In this document: positions 46,536 through 56,524 of the stretch, piece by piece
How the letters are laid out: every line of letters starts with the position of its first letter
How positions within the stretch are numbered: the first letter of the stretch is position 1
Origin: an uncultured Azospirillaceae bacterium
GTDB taxonomy: Bacteria > Pseudomonadota > Alphaproteobacteria > Rickettsiales > UBA3002
Length of the DNA: 64,000 nucleotides
Assembly (NCBI GenBank): GCA_964352815.1
Contig: CAYGTO010000001.1
Coordinates: 154,820 to 218,819 of the forward strand
Direction of reading: 5' to 3'
Translations under genes and position numbers: made by a program
Notes under the pieces: generated by a model
The model's input: the letters and a program-made list of their open reading frames with translations, nothing else
Databases searched by the model: none
What the model was told of the DNA's origin: nothing

Positions 46536-47954
46536 GTGTTGCAGACGGTGTCATTTACAGAAAAATTTAAGCCGGTAGTGCTTTCGGGCAAGGAAGTGCT
46601 GCCGATCGTTGAAGGTGGTAAAGGCATTGGCGCGACCAATGGCCGGAGCGCGGGCGCATTTGCTGCGGCCGGTGCGGTCGGAACTTTTTCTGGCGTGAAT
46701 GCCGACAGCTATGATGAAGATGGTAATGTGATTCCGGTTGTCTATCATGGCAAGACCCGCCGTGAGCGCCATGAAGAGCTGGTGCAAATGGGGATTGATG
46801 GTGCGCTACAGCAAGCGCGGATGGCGCATGAGCTGTCGAATGGCGAAGGCCGTATCCATATGAATGTGCTATGGGAAATGGGCGGCGCGGAGCAGATTCT
46901 CGAAGGAGTGCTCGAACGGGCGCAAGGCATCATCCATGGGGTGACCTGCGGCGCGGGGATGCCCTATAAACTCTCTGAAATTGCTGAGAAACATGGCCTG
47001 TATTATCATCCCATCGTCTCGTCTATGCGCGCCTTTCGTGCGCTATGGAAGCGTGCCTACCGCAAGTCAGAAAAGCTCCTTGGTAGCGTGGTGTATGAAG
47101 ATCCGTGGCTGGCGGGCGGGCATAATGGCCTGTCGAACAGCGAAGACCCGAAAGTACCGCAAGACCCGTATCCGCGCGTGCGCGAGCTACGCACCTTTAT
47201 GAATGAGGTAGGACTGCATAACACGCCGATCATCATGGCGGGTGGCGCATGGCATTTGAAAGATTGGGAGCATTGGCTTGATAATCCAGAAATTGGCCCC
47301 ATCGCCTTCCAGTTCGGCACACGGCCACTTTTAACGCAAGAAAGCCCGATTCCGGAGAACTGGAAAGCGCGTTTGACGACGCTGAAAAAGGGCGACGTGT
47401 TCCTTAACAAGTTCAGCCCGACCGGCTTCTATTCTTCCGCCGTGAATAATGACTTCATTAAAGAGCTGCGCGGCCGTGAAGAGCGCCAAGTGTCCTATAG
47501 CACTGAGCCGGAAGGCTATCAGACCGAGCCATACCCGTTTGGCCCGCGTAAACGTCCGGTTTATGTTTCGCCGGAAGATCTCGCACGTATTCGTGATTGG
47601 GAAGGGCTGGGCTATGACGAGCCGATGAAAACGCCGGACAGCACGCTCATGTTTGTGAGCAAAGAAAAGGCAGAACAGATTCATATTGATCAGGTCGAAT
47701 GTATGGGCTGTCTGTCGCATTGCCGTTTTTCAAACTGGAAAGACCATGATGATTACACCACCGGCAAGAAAGCGGACCCAAGAAGTTTCTGCATTCAGAA
47801 GTCGCTGCAAAATATTATACGCGGCAAAGATGTGGAGAATGAGCTGATGTTCTCTGGTCATAATGCCTATAAATTTGCGGATGATCCGTTTTATGCGAAC
47901 GGGAATATCCCCACGGTTGCAGATCTCATCGAGAAAATTAAGATCGGCGAATAA
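46536..47954 (+). CDS. nitronate monooxygenase / 2-nitropropane dioxygenase-like flavoprotein (long form)
   Basis: TIM-barrel NMO-like pattern (PIVEGGKGIG, GAGMP, MAGGAWH) plus a Cys-rich C-terminal extension (CMGCLSHC). Family assignment is tentative, and the start is GTG. Confidence 0.5.
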   Translation: MLQTVSFTEKFKPVVLSGKEVLPIVEGGKGIGATNGRSAGAFAAAGAVGTFSGVNADSYDEDGNVIPVVYHGKTRRERHEELVQMGIDGALQQARMAHELSNGEGRIHMNVLWEMGGAEQILEGVLERAQGIIHGVTCGAGMPYKLSEIAEKHGLYYHPIVSSMRAFRALWKRAYRKSEKLLGSVVYEDPWLAGGHNGLSNSEDPKVPQDPYPRVRELRTFMNEVGLHNTPIIMAGGAWHLKDWEHWLDNPEIGPIAFQFGTRPLLTQESPIPENWKARLTTLKKGDVFLNKFSPTGFYSSAVNNDFIKELRGREERQVSYSTEPEGYQTEPYPFGPRKRPVYVSPEDLARIRDWEGLGYDEPMKTPDSTLMFVSKEKAEQIHIDQVECMGCLSHCRFSNWKDHDDYTTGKKADPRSFCIQKSLQNIIRGKDVENELMFSGHNAYKFADDPFYANGNIPTVADLIEKIKIGE

Positions 47955-48080
47955 GCCCCTCTCTTTACATTTGAAATTTGGTTATATTGCAGGTGCGAAG
48001 CTGCAAGATTAAATATTGTACATGATTCAACAGATACGATACTATTAAGGAAGTCGAAGGCGCATTCGTGGAGGAATCGT

Positions 48081-48578
48081 ATGCCCTATAATGCCTGGTG
48101 GGATATGAGCATGGAGGAGATATCTGACATGCTTCGTAATGCTGGTTTGAGACCAACCCGGCAGCGCTTGGCTATTGGCCGATTCCTCTGGTTCAATGTT
48201 CCTAACCAACATATTACGGCCGAAAAACTGCACCATAAAACGCAAAGTGAGAATGAACCGGTGTCGCTCGCGACGGTCTATAATACGCTGCACCAATTCA
48301 CCGATGCGGGCCTACTGCGCGAAGTGGTGATCGATGGCCAGCGTTCCTATTTCGACACGCATGTCGAGCCGCATTATCATTTCTACTGTGAAGAGACACG
48401 TAATCTCGTGGATATTCCGTTTGAGTCGGTTGATCTCGGGACGTTACCCACGCCGCCAGAAGGCTCAAATGTTGCTGCGGTGGATGTGATTATTCGCCTA
48501 CGCCAATGTAATTTGACGGATAATGACCCCAAAGTATCGAATCAGATGACGGATGCGTCACGCGTGCTCAATCACTGA
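48081..48578 (+). CDS. irr: Fur-family iron response regulator (Irr type)
   Basis: GLRPTRQR, VSLATVYNTLHQFTDAGLLREV, and YFDTHVEPHYHFY closely follow the rhizobial Irr pattern. The start could be one of the downstream Met codons. Confidence 0.7.
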   Translation: MPYNAWWDMSMEEISDMLRNAGLRPTRQRLAIGRFLWFNVPNQHITAEKLHHKTQSENEPVSLATVYNTLHQFTDAGLLREVVIDGQRSYFDTHVEPHYHFYCEETRNLVDIPFESVDLGTLPTPPEGSNVAAVDVIIRLRQCNLTDNDPKVSNQMTDASRVLNH

Positions 48579-49099
48579 CGAATCGTTTCGTCGTTATACA
48601 CCCCCCACACCTTATGTCGTTCGATCCAGGCTTTGCGGCTTCGGAAAGAAAGCTGACACCACTCTTCCTGGCAATTAATCACATGACCAATGGTTCCCGC
48701 TTCCGCACGCACCAAGGCGGGAGATGTCGCATCGGGCTGTGCGTAGAGCGTGTGCGTTTCATGGGTAATCATAGCGGTTCGGCTGCCAGAGAGGAGCGCT
48801 TTATGCACCCAGCCTGTCTCCCCTTGATGATCGCGAATTTTGCGCCAATGCGAGAATTCCTCAATCACTTCCACTGGCAGATTGGCCCGTTGATAAACCC
48901 AGCGAATCGGGTAGCGCGTGCCCGGCCCAACGCGAACATTCACCTCGTTTGATTTAAGCGAGACAAAACGCGGAATGGGTAGGCCCGAATTGTTGAAAAT
49001 GGCTTCATCGGCGAATGTAGCTATTGGTGCCGCGAACAGAACAAGGCATATGAAGAGCCTATGTAATGCTGAGCGAGTATGATATATAAAGTGTGTCAT
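48572..49099 (-). CDS. SH3 domain-containing periplasmic protein (COG3807)
   Basis: Signal peptide. GLPIPRFVSLKS.EVN.R.GPG..YPI.WVY....PVEVI.E...WRKIRD..G..GW.H is typical of this family. Start moved to Met11 to avoid overlap with the divergent ORF. Confidence 0.6.
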   Translation of the reverse strand: MTHFIYHTRSALHRLFICLVLFAAPIATFADEAIFNNSGLPIPRFVSLKSNEVNVRVGPGTRYPIRWVYQRANLPVEVIEEFSHWRKIRDHQGETGWVHKALLSGSRTAMITHETHTLYAQPDATSPALVRAEAGTIGHVINCQEEWCQLSFRSRKAWIERHKVWGVYNDETIRQ

Positions 49100-49127
49100 A
49101 TGAAACATTCGATGAGGTGTATTAAAC

Positions 49128-49493
49128 ATGAATCAAATTAACAATCAAGAAGCTGTGAAGAATCGCACCCCCTACCTTTTCTGTGCGAAAGGAATAGCCG
49201 TTGCATCGATATTGGGAGTTTTAACAATAAATTCTCCGGCAGAGGCAAAAGAACAGCGGTGGATTTGCAAATACCCTAAAGGTGGCGTATCCACGACAAT
49301 TATTTTTGGTGATACATCCAATGGAACGGCATGCGAACACAACAAAGTTAAAGGAGAAATTCAGGGCGGCAAATGCGTGACTAACGATAAGGTGATCTCA
49401 TTTGTTGGAGGTAAGCAAGGTGTTTCGGTTTTAAGGCAAACGACAGGCGAAACCTTTACGCCAAAGTTCTGTAAAGAAGTGCAGCTGCCATAA
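49128..49493 (+). CDS. small secreted Cys-containing hypothetical protein
   Basis: Signal peptide ending AEA and five cysteines. No family recognised. Confidence 0.4.
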   Translation: MNQINNQEAVKNRTPYLFCAKGIAVASILGVLTINSPAEAKEQRWICKYPKGGVSTTIIFGDTSNGTACEHNKVKGEIQGGKCVTNDKVISFVGGKQGVSVLRQTTGETFTPKFCKEVQLP

Positions 49494-49502
49494 AAATGGT
49501 AG

Positions 49503-50213
49503 TTATAGCTGAGCAATTCGGAATTGATTGTTTAAGCAATCAACGCTGAGTAATTTTCCTAAGAGCGCTGTTTCTTTACCGAGTAGGCATTTAATCGTTT
49601 CCAGCGCCTGCAAGCTCCCCATGATGCCAGCCATCGGGCCAAGGACTCCTACCTCATTGCAGTTATTCGGCTCATTGGGGGCTTCGGGCATGAAGTCGTG
49701 ATAGGTGATGGTGCCTTGATGCGGCGCAAAGATGGTAATGTAGCCTTTGAATCCGGTGACCGCGGCATGCACGAGCGGAACCTTGAGTCTTTCGCTTGTT
49801 TCAGCAATCAGCATGCGACTCTCAAAATTATCGGTCCCATCCAAGATGATGTCATAGCGCGATAGAATGGCATTGGCATTTTCTTGGCGGATGCGCTGTG
49901 GGTAAAGGTCAACATGGCATTCAGGATTCAGCTCAGATAAGCGATCGGCGGCGCTTTCGACTTTCAGCCGGCCAATATCGCCCTGCTCATGAATGATCTG
50001 GCGCTGTAGGTTAGATAATTCGACATGGTCATGATCAACGATGCCAAGACGCCCAACACCGGCAGCGGCAAGGTAGGTGAGAGCGGCAGAGCCAAGGCCA
50101 CCGGCGCCAACAACAAGCGCAGAGCTGTTCAGGAGTTTTTCTTGTCCCGCTTCCCCGAAATCATCCAGCATGATATGGCGCGCATAGCGCCGTTTCTGCT
50201 CATCGGTCAGCAT
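49503..50213 (-). CDS. HesA/MoeB/ThiF-family adenylyltransferase (short form)
   Basis: RY.RH..L...G..GQ.KL, GAGGLGS glycine-rich loop, and DHD.V..SNLQRQ. No C-terminal rhodanese or Zn-ribbon part. Confidence 0.75.
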   Translation of the reverse strand: MLTDEQKRRYARHIMLDDFGEAGQEKLLNSSALVVGAGGLGSAALTYLAAAGVGRLGIVDHDHVELSNLQRQIIHEQGDIGRLKVESAADRLSELNPECHVDLYPQRIRQENANAILSRYDIILDGTDNFESRMLIAETSERLKVPLVHAAVTGFKGYITIFAPHQGTITYHDFMPEAPNEPNNCNEVGVLGPMAGIMGSLQALETIKCLLGKETALLGKLLSVDCLNNQFRIAQL

Positions 50214-50216
50214 GGG

Positions 50217-51170
50217 TTATTCAAACAGGTCAGTGGAAAGGTAGCGCTCGGCCATGGAGGCGATAATCACGACAATGTTTTTGCCTTTCATCTCGGCGCG
50301 CGCGCCGACTTTCAGCGCAGCGGCGAGCGTAGCGCCAGATGAAATCCCTGCAGGAATCCCTTCGACTTGAGCCGCTTTACGCGCCATGGCAAAGGCTTCG
50401 TCATTCTCAATTTTTATCACCTCATCGATGCTATCGCGCGCGAGCACTTCAGGAATAAAGCCCGCGCCAATCCCCTGAATTTTATGAGGCCCTGGGTTGC
50501 CGCCTGAAAGCACGGGGCTATCAGTTGGCTCGACGGCGATGGCGCTGAGTTCGGGGTTAGCTTCTTTGAGCACTTTGCTCGTGCCTGTGATTGTGCCGCC
50601 TGTGCCGACCCCCGCAATGAACGCATCGACCTTACCATCAAGGTCCGCCAGAATTTCACGTGCGGTGGTGCTTTCATGAATTGCTGGATTAGCTGGGTTT
50701 TGGAATTGTTGCAGCATCACTGCATTCGGGTTCCCTGCGACAATTTCTTCCGCTTTTTCAATCGAGCCACGCATGCCTTTCGCAGCAGGTGTTAGCTCAA
50801 GGTTAGCGCCAAGAAGCGCAAGCATCTTACGACGTTCGAGCGACATGCTTTCTGGCATCGTTAGAATCAGCGGATAGCCACGTGCCGCGCATACAAAGGC
50901 AAGAGCAATTCCGGTGTTCCCTGAGGTTGGCTCCACTAGAATCGAATCTTTCGTGAGTTCTCCCGAGGCTTCCGCGGCATCCACCATGGAACGCGCAATC
51001 CGGTCTTTTACTGAGGCCAAAGGATTAAAAAATTCAAGCTTGGCGTAGATGTTGGCAACGCATCCAGCGTCTTCCGCGAGGCGCTGTAGTTTCACCATGG
51101 GAGTATTGCCGATCGTATCGAGAATCGAATCATACACGCGGCCACGGCCTTCGGTGTGATAAGGTTCCAT
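50217..51170 (-). CDS. cysK: cysteine synthase A (O-acetylserine sulfhydrylase)
   Basis: IGNTPMV, NP..SVKDR PLP lysine, SGNTG, GTGGT. Start at MEPYHTE with a GGAAGGAG RBS. Confidence 0.9.
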   Translation of the reverse strand: MEPYHTEGRGRVYDSILDTIGNTPMVKLQRLAEDAGCVANIYAKLEFFNPLASVKDRIARSMVDAAEASGELTKDSILVEPTSGNTGIALAFVCAARGYPLILTMPESMSLERRKMLALLGANLELTPAAKGMRGSIEKAEEIVAGNPNAVMLQQFQNPANPAIHESTTAREILADLDGKVDAFIAGVGTGGTITGTSKVLKEANPELSAIAVEPTDSPVLSGGNPGPHKIQGIGAGFIPEVLARDSIDEVIKIENDEAFAMARKAAQVEGIPAGISSGATLAAALKVGARAEMKGKNIVVIIASMAERYLSTDLFE

Positions 51171-51211
51171 TTGATGCTCCTTCCGTGTTGCCGGTGCTGC
51201 CATAGGGGGGC

Positions 51212-51658
51212 CTAAATCGTATAATCCGCGACGCTGCTATCGGAATGTTTCGCAATTTTTTGATCTGCGGCGTCTTGGCAGAGCTCTGCGATCGTGCGGT
51301 CTTGCATGAGCTCAACCATTTCATCATTCCAACGATAGCGCGCGGGCTTCACCACTTGCACACCAAGCGGGTGCGCTGGGGTGTATTGCATGCGTAGCTG
51401 GCCGTCTTCCTCGAGTGCTTTGATCACATCTTTAATCGAGATTTCCGAAGGTTCTCGTCCTAAACTATACCCACCACCAGGGCCGCGGGAACTTTCAAGA
51501 ATTTGATGACGCACGAGCCGCTGAAAGACCGGTTCAAGATAGCGCGCGGGCAAGCCAAGCGAGCTTTCCACTTCGCGGCTGCGGTGTTTCTGTTCACTAT
51601 TAAAAGCGATAAAGACCACGGCTTCGATCGAGACGAGAAGTTTTTCAGAGAGAAGCAT
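51212..51658 (-). CDS. Rrf2-family transcriptional regulator
   Basis: The N-terminal winged helix (YLE.V.Q.L....ILES.RG.GGGY.L) is typical of Rrf2. No three-Cys cluster ligand set was seen. Confidence 0.75.
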   Translation of the reverse strand: MLLSEKLLVSIEAVVFIAFNSEQKHRSREVESSLGLPARYLEPVFQRLVRHQILESSRGPGGGYSLGREPSEISIKDVIKALEEDGQLRMQYTPAHPLGVQVVKPARYRWNDEMVELMQDRTIAELCQDAADQKIAKHSDSSVADYTI

Positions 51659-51702
51659 GTAAGGTCCTTACGATTAAGATAATTGCGAGTGGATGGAGAT
51701 GG

Positions 51703-52152
51703 TTATCCCATCGTTCCAGTAGAGCCAAACCCGCCATCGGCACGTTCGGTTTCAGGAAGTTCACTCACTGAAAGCCATGTGGCACGTTCATATTGGTTCA
51801 ACACAAGCTGCGCAATACGCATACCCCGTGTGATCACAAATGGCTCTTGGCTCAGATTGATCATGATGACCCCAATCTCACCGCGATAGTCGGTGTCGAT
51901 GGTGCCGGGGGTGTTGACGATGCTCAACCCATGTTTTAGCGCGAGTCCAGAGCGTGGGCGTACCTGCGCTTCATAGCCTTCAGGCAGGGCAATCGAGATG
52001 CCCGTTGGAATCAGTTGACGCTCGAGCGGTGCAAGCGGCACATCATGATCAATGGCGGCGACCAGGTCTGCTCCGGCACTATCAAGCGTGCCATACTCAG
52101 GCAATGGCAGGTCTTTCGCATGTTCAAGCACTTTAATCGGTACGTTAGGCAT
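51703..52152 (-). CDS. dut: dUTP diphosphatase
   Basis: SAGADL, RPRSGLA, GTID.DYRGE, and C-terminal R...GFGSTG. Confidence 0.92.
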   Translation of the reverse strand: MPNVPIKVLEHAKDLPLPEYGTLDSAGADLVAAIDHDVPLAPLERQLIPTGISIALPEGYEAQVRPRSGLALKHGLSIVNTPGTIDTDYRGEIGVIMINLSQEPFVITRGMRIAQLVLNQYERATWLSVSELPETERADGGFGSTGTMG

Positions 52153-52161
52153 AAATTCTCC

Positions 52162-53418
52162 TTATGACTTAGCAAGCGAGAGTGAATGTTGGTCTTCTGT
52201 ATCGCTGACTTGGCCTTCTTTTGCAAGTGTTTCAGCAATGTGGGTCACAAGTTTCCGCGCGACTTCCGTCTTACGCATATGAGGCCATTGCTCCTGTTTC
52301 CCTTGTGAAATGCACACCACTTCATTGCTGTCTTCGCCAAACACCTCTCGGCTGACATCATTCGCCAGTACAATATCGCAGCCTTTGCGCTCGCGCTTTT
52401 GGCTGGCAAAATCAATGAGATTCCCCGTTTCTGCCGCAAATCCGACCACAATTTCTGGGCGCGGGCGCGCCTCTTTACTGATCCATGCGAGAATATCGGG
52501 TGTTTCAATCAGCATCAGCTCGGGCGTGCCGCCGGTTTCGGTTTTTTTCAATTTCTCTCGGTGCGGTTTGGATACCGACCAATCGGACACGGCTGCGGCG
52601 CAGACAGCAATGTCACACGGCATTGCCTCTTGGCAGGCTTTGAGCATCTCATCGGTATTTTCAACATGGATGGTTTTTACATGCCCTGGGTCGGGGAGGG
52701 CGACGGGCCCGGTGACCAGCGTCACCTCGGCGCCTTGGCGCGCTAGTTCAATGGCCACTGCGTGGCCTTGTTTGCCGGATGAGCGGTTGCCGATATAGCG
52801 CACCGGGTCGATTGCTTCATAGGTCGGGCCGCTTGTGACCAGGGCTTTCTTACCGATCAGCGGTTTTTTTTTACCAAAAAACTGCAATATCCATTCGCGA
52901 ATATCTTCGGGCTGCGCCATGCGCCCTGTACCTGTTTCACCGCATGCTAAATCACCGCTATCGGGCTGCATGATATGAATGCCGTCATTGATGAGGGTTT
53001 GAATATTTCGCTGCGTTGCCGGATGACCCCACATTTTATGATTCATCCCCGGCGCGATCATTACCGGCGTGTCGGTTGCGAGTAGCACTGTGCTTGCGAG
53101 ATCATCGCATACTCCGTTCGCCATTTTCGCCATGAGATCGCACGAAGCGGGTACCACTGCGATCAGATCAGCCTCACGCGATAGGCGGATATGGCCCATC
53201 TCGGTTTCGTCTTTGAGCGAGAACAAATCGGTGTAGCATGGATTTCCCGAGAGAGAAGCAACGGAAAGCGGGGTGATGAATTGCTGGCCGCCATGGGTGA
53301 GAATGCCGGTGAATTCCACATGATCGCCGCGCATCAGGCGAATCAAATTCAGCGCCTTATAGGCGGCGATACTACCCGAAATAATGAGTGTGATTTTGCG
53401 TGTTTCTGCGTTGCTCAT
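52162..53418 (-). CDS. coaBC: bifunctional phosphopantothenoylcysteine decarboxylase / phosphopantothenate--cysteine ligase
   Basis: N-terminal flavoprotein (GSIAAYK, PAS.D..AK.A.G..DD) and C-terminal CoaB (T.GPT.E.IDPVR...N.SSGK.G, AAVSD). Confidence 0.92.
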   Translation of the reverse strand: MSNAETRKITLIISGSIAAYKALNLIRLMRGDHVEFTGILTHGGQQFITPLSVASLSGNPCYTDLFSLKDETEMGHIRLSREADLIAVVPASCDLMAKMANGVCDDLASTVLLATDTPVMIAPGMNHKMWGHPATQRNIQTLINDGIHIMQPDSGDLACGETGTGRMAQPEDIREWILQFFGKKKPLIGKKALVTSGPTYEAIDPVRYIGNRSSGKQGHAVAIELARQGAEVTLVTGPVALPDPGHVKTIHVENTDEMLKACQEAMPCDIAVCAAAVSDWSVSKPHREKLKKTETGGTPELMLIETPDILAWISKEARPRPEIVVGFAAETGNLIDFASQKRERKGCDIVLANDVSREVFGEDSNEVVCISQGKQEQWPHMRKTEVARKLVTHIAETLAKEGQVSDTEDQHSLSLAKS

Positions 53419-53525
53419 ACGGCCTCCTCAGCGTCGCCGTAGCCTACTGTTCTTGTGGTAGAGTGACAAGACAATAATGTTCTATGCTGCAAGTTCTGTT
53501 ATAGTGCGAAAAAAAGGAGTGTGAG

Positions 53526-54005
53526 ATGGAACAGTTTCAAGAAGGACCGAAGCCACCAAAAAAAGAAGTACCAACATCAATATCTCAAGAGAATATGAGC
53601 TATGTAGGTTTTTGGGTGCGTTTCTTAGCGGCCATCATTGATAGCATTGTATTTATAGTGCTGAGCATTCCACTCTATTTCTTTTTCACTGGCGGATTAT
53701 CGGCCATGGCAGATCCTACATTGGAACAAGATGCGATAACCCAGCTTTTATATTTTATAGCTGTTATTGCGCTCTGGGTGAAATTTAGTGCGACGCCAGG
53801 AAAGATGCTGTTTAAGGCGGTTATTGTCGATAAACGAACACTTGGAAAACCATCTGTTGGACAGTTGATCGGTCGCTATTTCTCTTATTTTATTTCAGTG
53901 ATTCCACTGTGTCTTGGGATCTTCTGGATCGCCTTTGATCCAAAAAAACGCGGCTGGCATGATTTGCTCGCCGGGACATTGGTGGTGTATGAGGATAGGG
54001 ATTAG
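53526..54005 (+). CDS. RDD family membrane protein
   Basis: GFW.RF.A..ID, three TM helices, and the C-terminal R.WHD.LAGT.VV motif. Confidence 0.75.
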   Translation: MEQFQEGPKPPKKEVPTSISQENMSYVGFWVRFLAAIIDSIVFIVLSIPLYFFFTGGLSAMADPTLEQDAITQLLYFIAVIALWVKFSATPGKMLFKAVIVDKRTLGKPSVGQLIGRYFSYFISVIPLCLGIFWIAFDPKKRGWHDLLAGTLVVYEDRD

Positions 54006-54138
54006 GCATTGGGACTTAGGCGTTAGGTTAAGGGGAGCGGATTCGTCATCCTGAGGAGCGCGTTAGCGCGACGTGAGGATCTAAGATTTCTCCACTGCTT
54101 CGCCAATAGCTATGCAGTGTTCGAAATGACGAAAAATG

Positions 54139-55683
54139 TTACCCAAACACTTCAACCAACAAAATCCCCGATAAAATCAACAATGCTGCCCAAGCAAACT
54201 TAAGCCAAGGGCCGCGGCGGCGGGCTTGCTCGGTGAAGACGGCGATGGTGTCGGGGTGGAGCGACAGGCCACCAGAATTGAACTTATCAAGTGTCTGTTC
54301 CATTTCCTTCACGACTTTGGGTAGCTTCTGAAGCGCTTCGATTCCTTGCTCAGCGGTGCGGCGAATCCGCGCGCGCGGGCCGAGATGATAGATCCCCCAT
54401 TGTTTGATTAGCGGCTCAGCCGTCTCCCACATATTAATGTTGGGGTTGAGCATCCGGCCGATCCCTTCCGCGAGCATCAGCGTTTTTTGAAGCAACAGAA
54501 GCTGCGGCTGAAGCTGCATCTCAAAGCTCTGTGCGACATGGAACAGCTGGCCCAGCAGCCGCGCGACGGAAATTTCATTCACCGGCTTACCCATGATGGG
54601 TTTGCCAATCGCGCGGCAGGCTTGCGCGAACGAGCTAGCGTTGAAATGCGAAGGGACAATGCCGCGCTCAATGTGAATTTTGGCGACATATTCATAGTCT
54701 TCGCGGAACATCCCCCACAGCACCTCGGCAAGAAACAGCTGATTATCGTGGTCAATCCGGCCCATAATGCCGAAATCGATCACGCCAATCCGGCCATCGG
54801 GCATGACGAAAAGATTGCCCGGATGCAGGTCGGCATGAAAAAAACCATCCTGGAACACAGAGCGGAAAATGCCTTCTGCTGAGAAGCGCACCAGCGCATC
54901 CGTATCGTGGCCAGCCGCTTTCACCGCGTCGACATCACTGATCTTAATACCATGGATGCGCTCGAGGGTCAGGACACGGCCCGCGGTTCGCACCCAATCA
55001 ATCTCTGGAATATAAAAATTCGTGTCTTCTTTGAAATTTGCTTTCAGCTCTTCAGCCGCAGCCGCTTCGTATCGTAAATCAAGTTCCATCAACATCGATT
55101 CGCTCAATGTACGCACCACTTCAAGCGGCTTCAAACGACGCAAATGCGGTGCTCGCTCATCCACGATTTCCGCCATCCACTGAAAGAGCTGAATGTCGCT
55201 CGCGAATTTTTCTTCAATCCCCGGGCGAAGGATTTTGACAGCGACTTCTTTGCCGTCTTTTGTGACCGCGAAATGCACCTGTGCAATCGAGGCGGCGGCG
55301 ACAGGCTCTTCATCAAAAGATGAAAAGAAATCTTCAACCTTTCCTTCAAGCTCCTCGGCGACAATCTGGCGCGCATGCGAGGTAGAGAATGGAGGGATAC
55401 GGTCGCGCAGATAGGATAAATCACGCGCAATGTCTTCACCGACGAGGTCGGAGCGGGTCGAAAGCATTTGCCCTAGCTTAATGTAGGTCGGACCAAGCTC
55501 TTCGAGCGCGCGGGCAAGGCGCTGCCCCTTGCGCAGGCCTGTTTGGCGCTTGGCGAGCAGTTTTGAAAACGCCACCACCGTCGGTGACGCATCGAGCGCT
55601 TCTAGGCCGAACAACGCATCATGTTTTGCGAAGGTCAGGCCAATCTTTAGCAGCTTAGCGGTGTTACTTAGATTGCGGATCAT
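54139..55683 (-). CDS. ubiB: ubiquinone biosynthesis regulatory kinase-like protein UbiB (ABC1/AarF family)
   Basis: LG.TYIKLGQ.LS.R.D, AAASIAQVH, HADLHPGN, and a C-terminal TM helix. Adjacent to ubiE. Confidence 0.9.
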   Translation of the reverse strand: MIRNLSNTAKLLKIGLTFAKHDALFGLEALDASPTVVAFSKLLAKRQTGLRKGQRLARALEELGPTYIKLGQMLSTRSDLVGEDIARDLSYLRDRIPPFSTSHARQIVAEELEGKVEDFFSSFDEEPVAAASIAQVHFAVTKDGKEVAVKILRPGIEEKFASDIQLFQWMAEIVDERAPHLRRLKPLEVVRTLSESMLMELDLRYEAAAAEELKANFKEDTNFYIPEIDWVRTAGRVLTLERIHGIKISDVDAVKAAGHDTDALVRFSAEGIFRSVFQDGFFHADLHPGNLFVMPDGRIGVIDFGIMGRIDHDNQLFLAEVLWGMFREDYEYVAKIHIERGIVPSHFNASSFAQACRAIGKPIMGKPVNEISVARLLGQLFHVAQSFEMQLQPQLLLLQKTLMLAEGIGRMLNPNINMWETAEPLIKQWGIYHLGPRARIRRTAEQGIEALQKLPKVVKEMEQTLDKFNSGGLSLHPDTIAVFTEQARRRGPWLKFAWAALLILSGILLVEVFG

Positions 55684-56436
55684 CTATAGCTTCCATCCGC
55701 TATGAATCGCAACGATCCCACCGCTAAGCGTGTGGTGCGATGTCTGCTCGAAGCCGGCGTGCTTCACCATCGCTTCAAAATCATGACGATTCGGGAAGCG
55801 GCGGATGGACTCCACCAAATATTGGTAGGAATCCTTATCTTTCGCAAGCATACCGCCCAACACCGGAATCACATTGAAAGAATAGCGATCATAGATGGGC
55901 TGCAATGAGGCGCTCACTTCGGGCGTGAATTCAAGACAATAAAAACGGCCTCCATAGTTTAGGCTGCGGTAAGCATCGTTTAGCGCGGCTTGCACATCGG
56001 TGACATTGCGAATGCCAAACGCGATCGTATAGGCATGATAATGGTTCGATGGGACGGGAAGGGTTTGCGCATCGCCGGTGACCCATTCCAAATGGCTGCG
56101 GTCGACGGAGTGATCAATCGCACGGTTGTGGCCCTCGCGCAGCATCTGTTCATTGATGTCGCAGATGGTGATATGCGCGCCTGGTGCGGCCTTGCTCATC
56201 GCAAAGGCAATATCACCGGTGCCGCCCGCAACATCTAAGATACGTTCATGACTTTGCGGCGCGACCTTAGCGACGAAATGCTTCTTCCAGAGGCGGTGCA
56301 CACCCAAGCTCATCGCATCATTCATCAAATCATAATTGCTTGCGACGTTATTGAATACGCTACGTACCATGCCTTCTTTTTGGTCGGTGTTGACCTCTTG
56401 ATAGCCAAAATGCGTCGTGTGTGATGGTGATGCCAT
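55684..56436 (-). CDS. ubiE: demethylmenaquinone / 2-methoxy-6-polyprenyl-1,4-benzoquinol methyltransferase
   Basis: YDLMND..S.G.HR.WK, DVAGGTGD SAM motif, FG.RNV, GGR...LEF. Confidence 0.92.
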   Translation of the reverse strand: MASPSHTTHFGYQEVNTDQKEGMVRSVFNNVASNYDLMNDAMSLGVHRLWKKHFVAKVAPQSHERILDVAGGTGDIAFAMSKAAPGAHITICDINEQMLREGHNRAIDHSVDRSHLEWVTGDAQTLPVPSNHYHAYTIAFGIRNVTDVQAALNDAYRSLNYGGRFYCLEFTPEVSASLQPIYDRYSFNVIPVLGGMLAKDKDSYQYLVESIRRFPNRHDFEAMVKHAGFEQTSHHTLSGGIVAIHSGWKL

Positions 56437-56524
56437 AAGTTCCTTGCTTCAATTGCCTCTTTGCATAAGCGTTTTTCTGCCTTAGGTAAAGGATGAAACA
56501 ACGAAACCCCATGACCTTTCTGTA

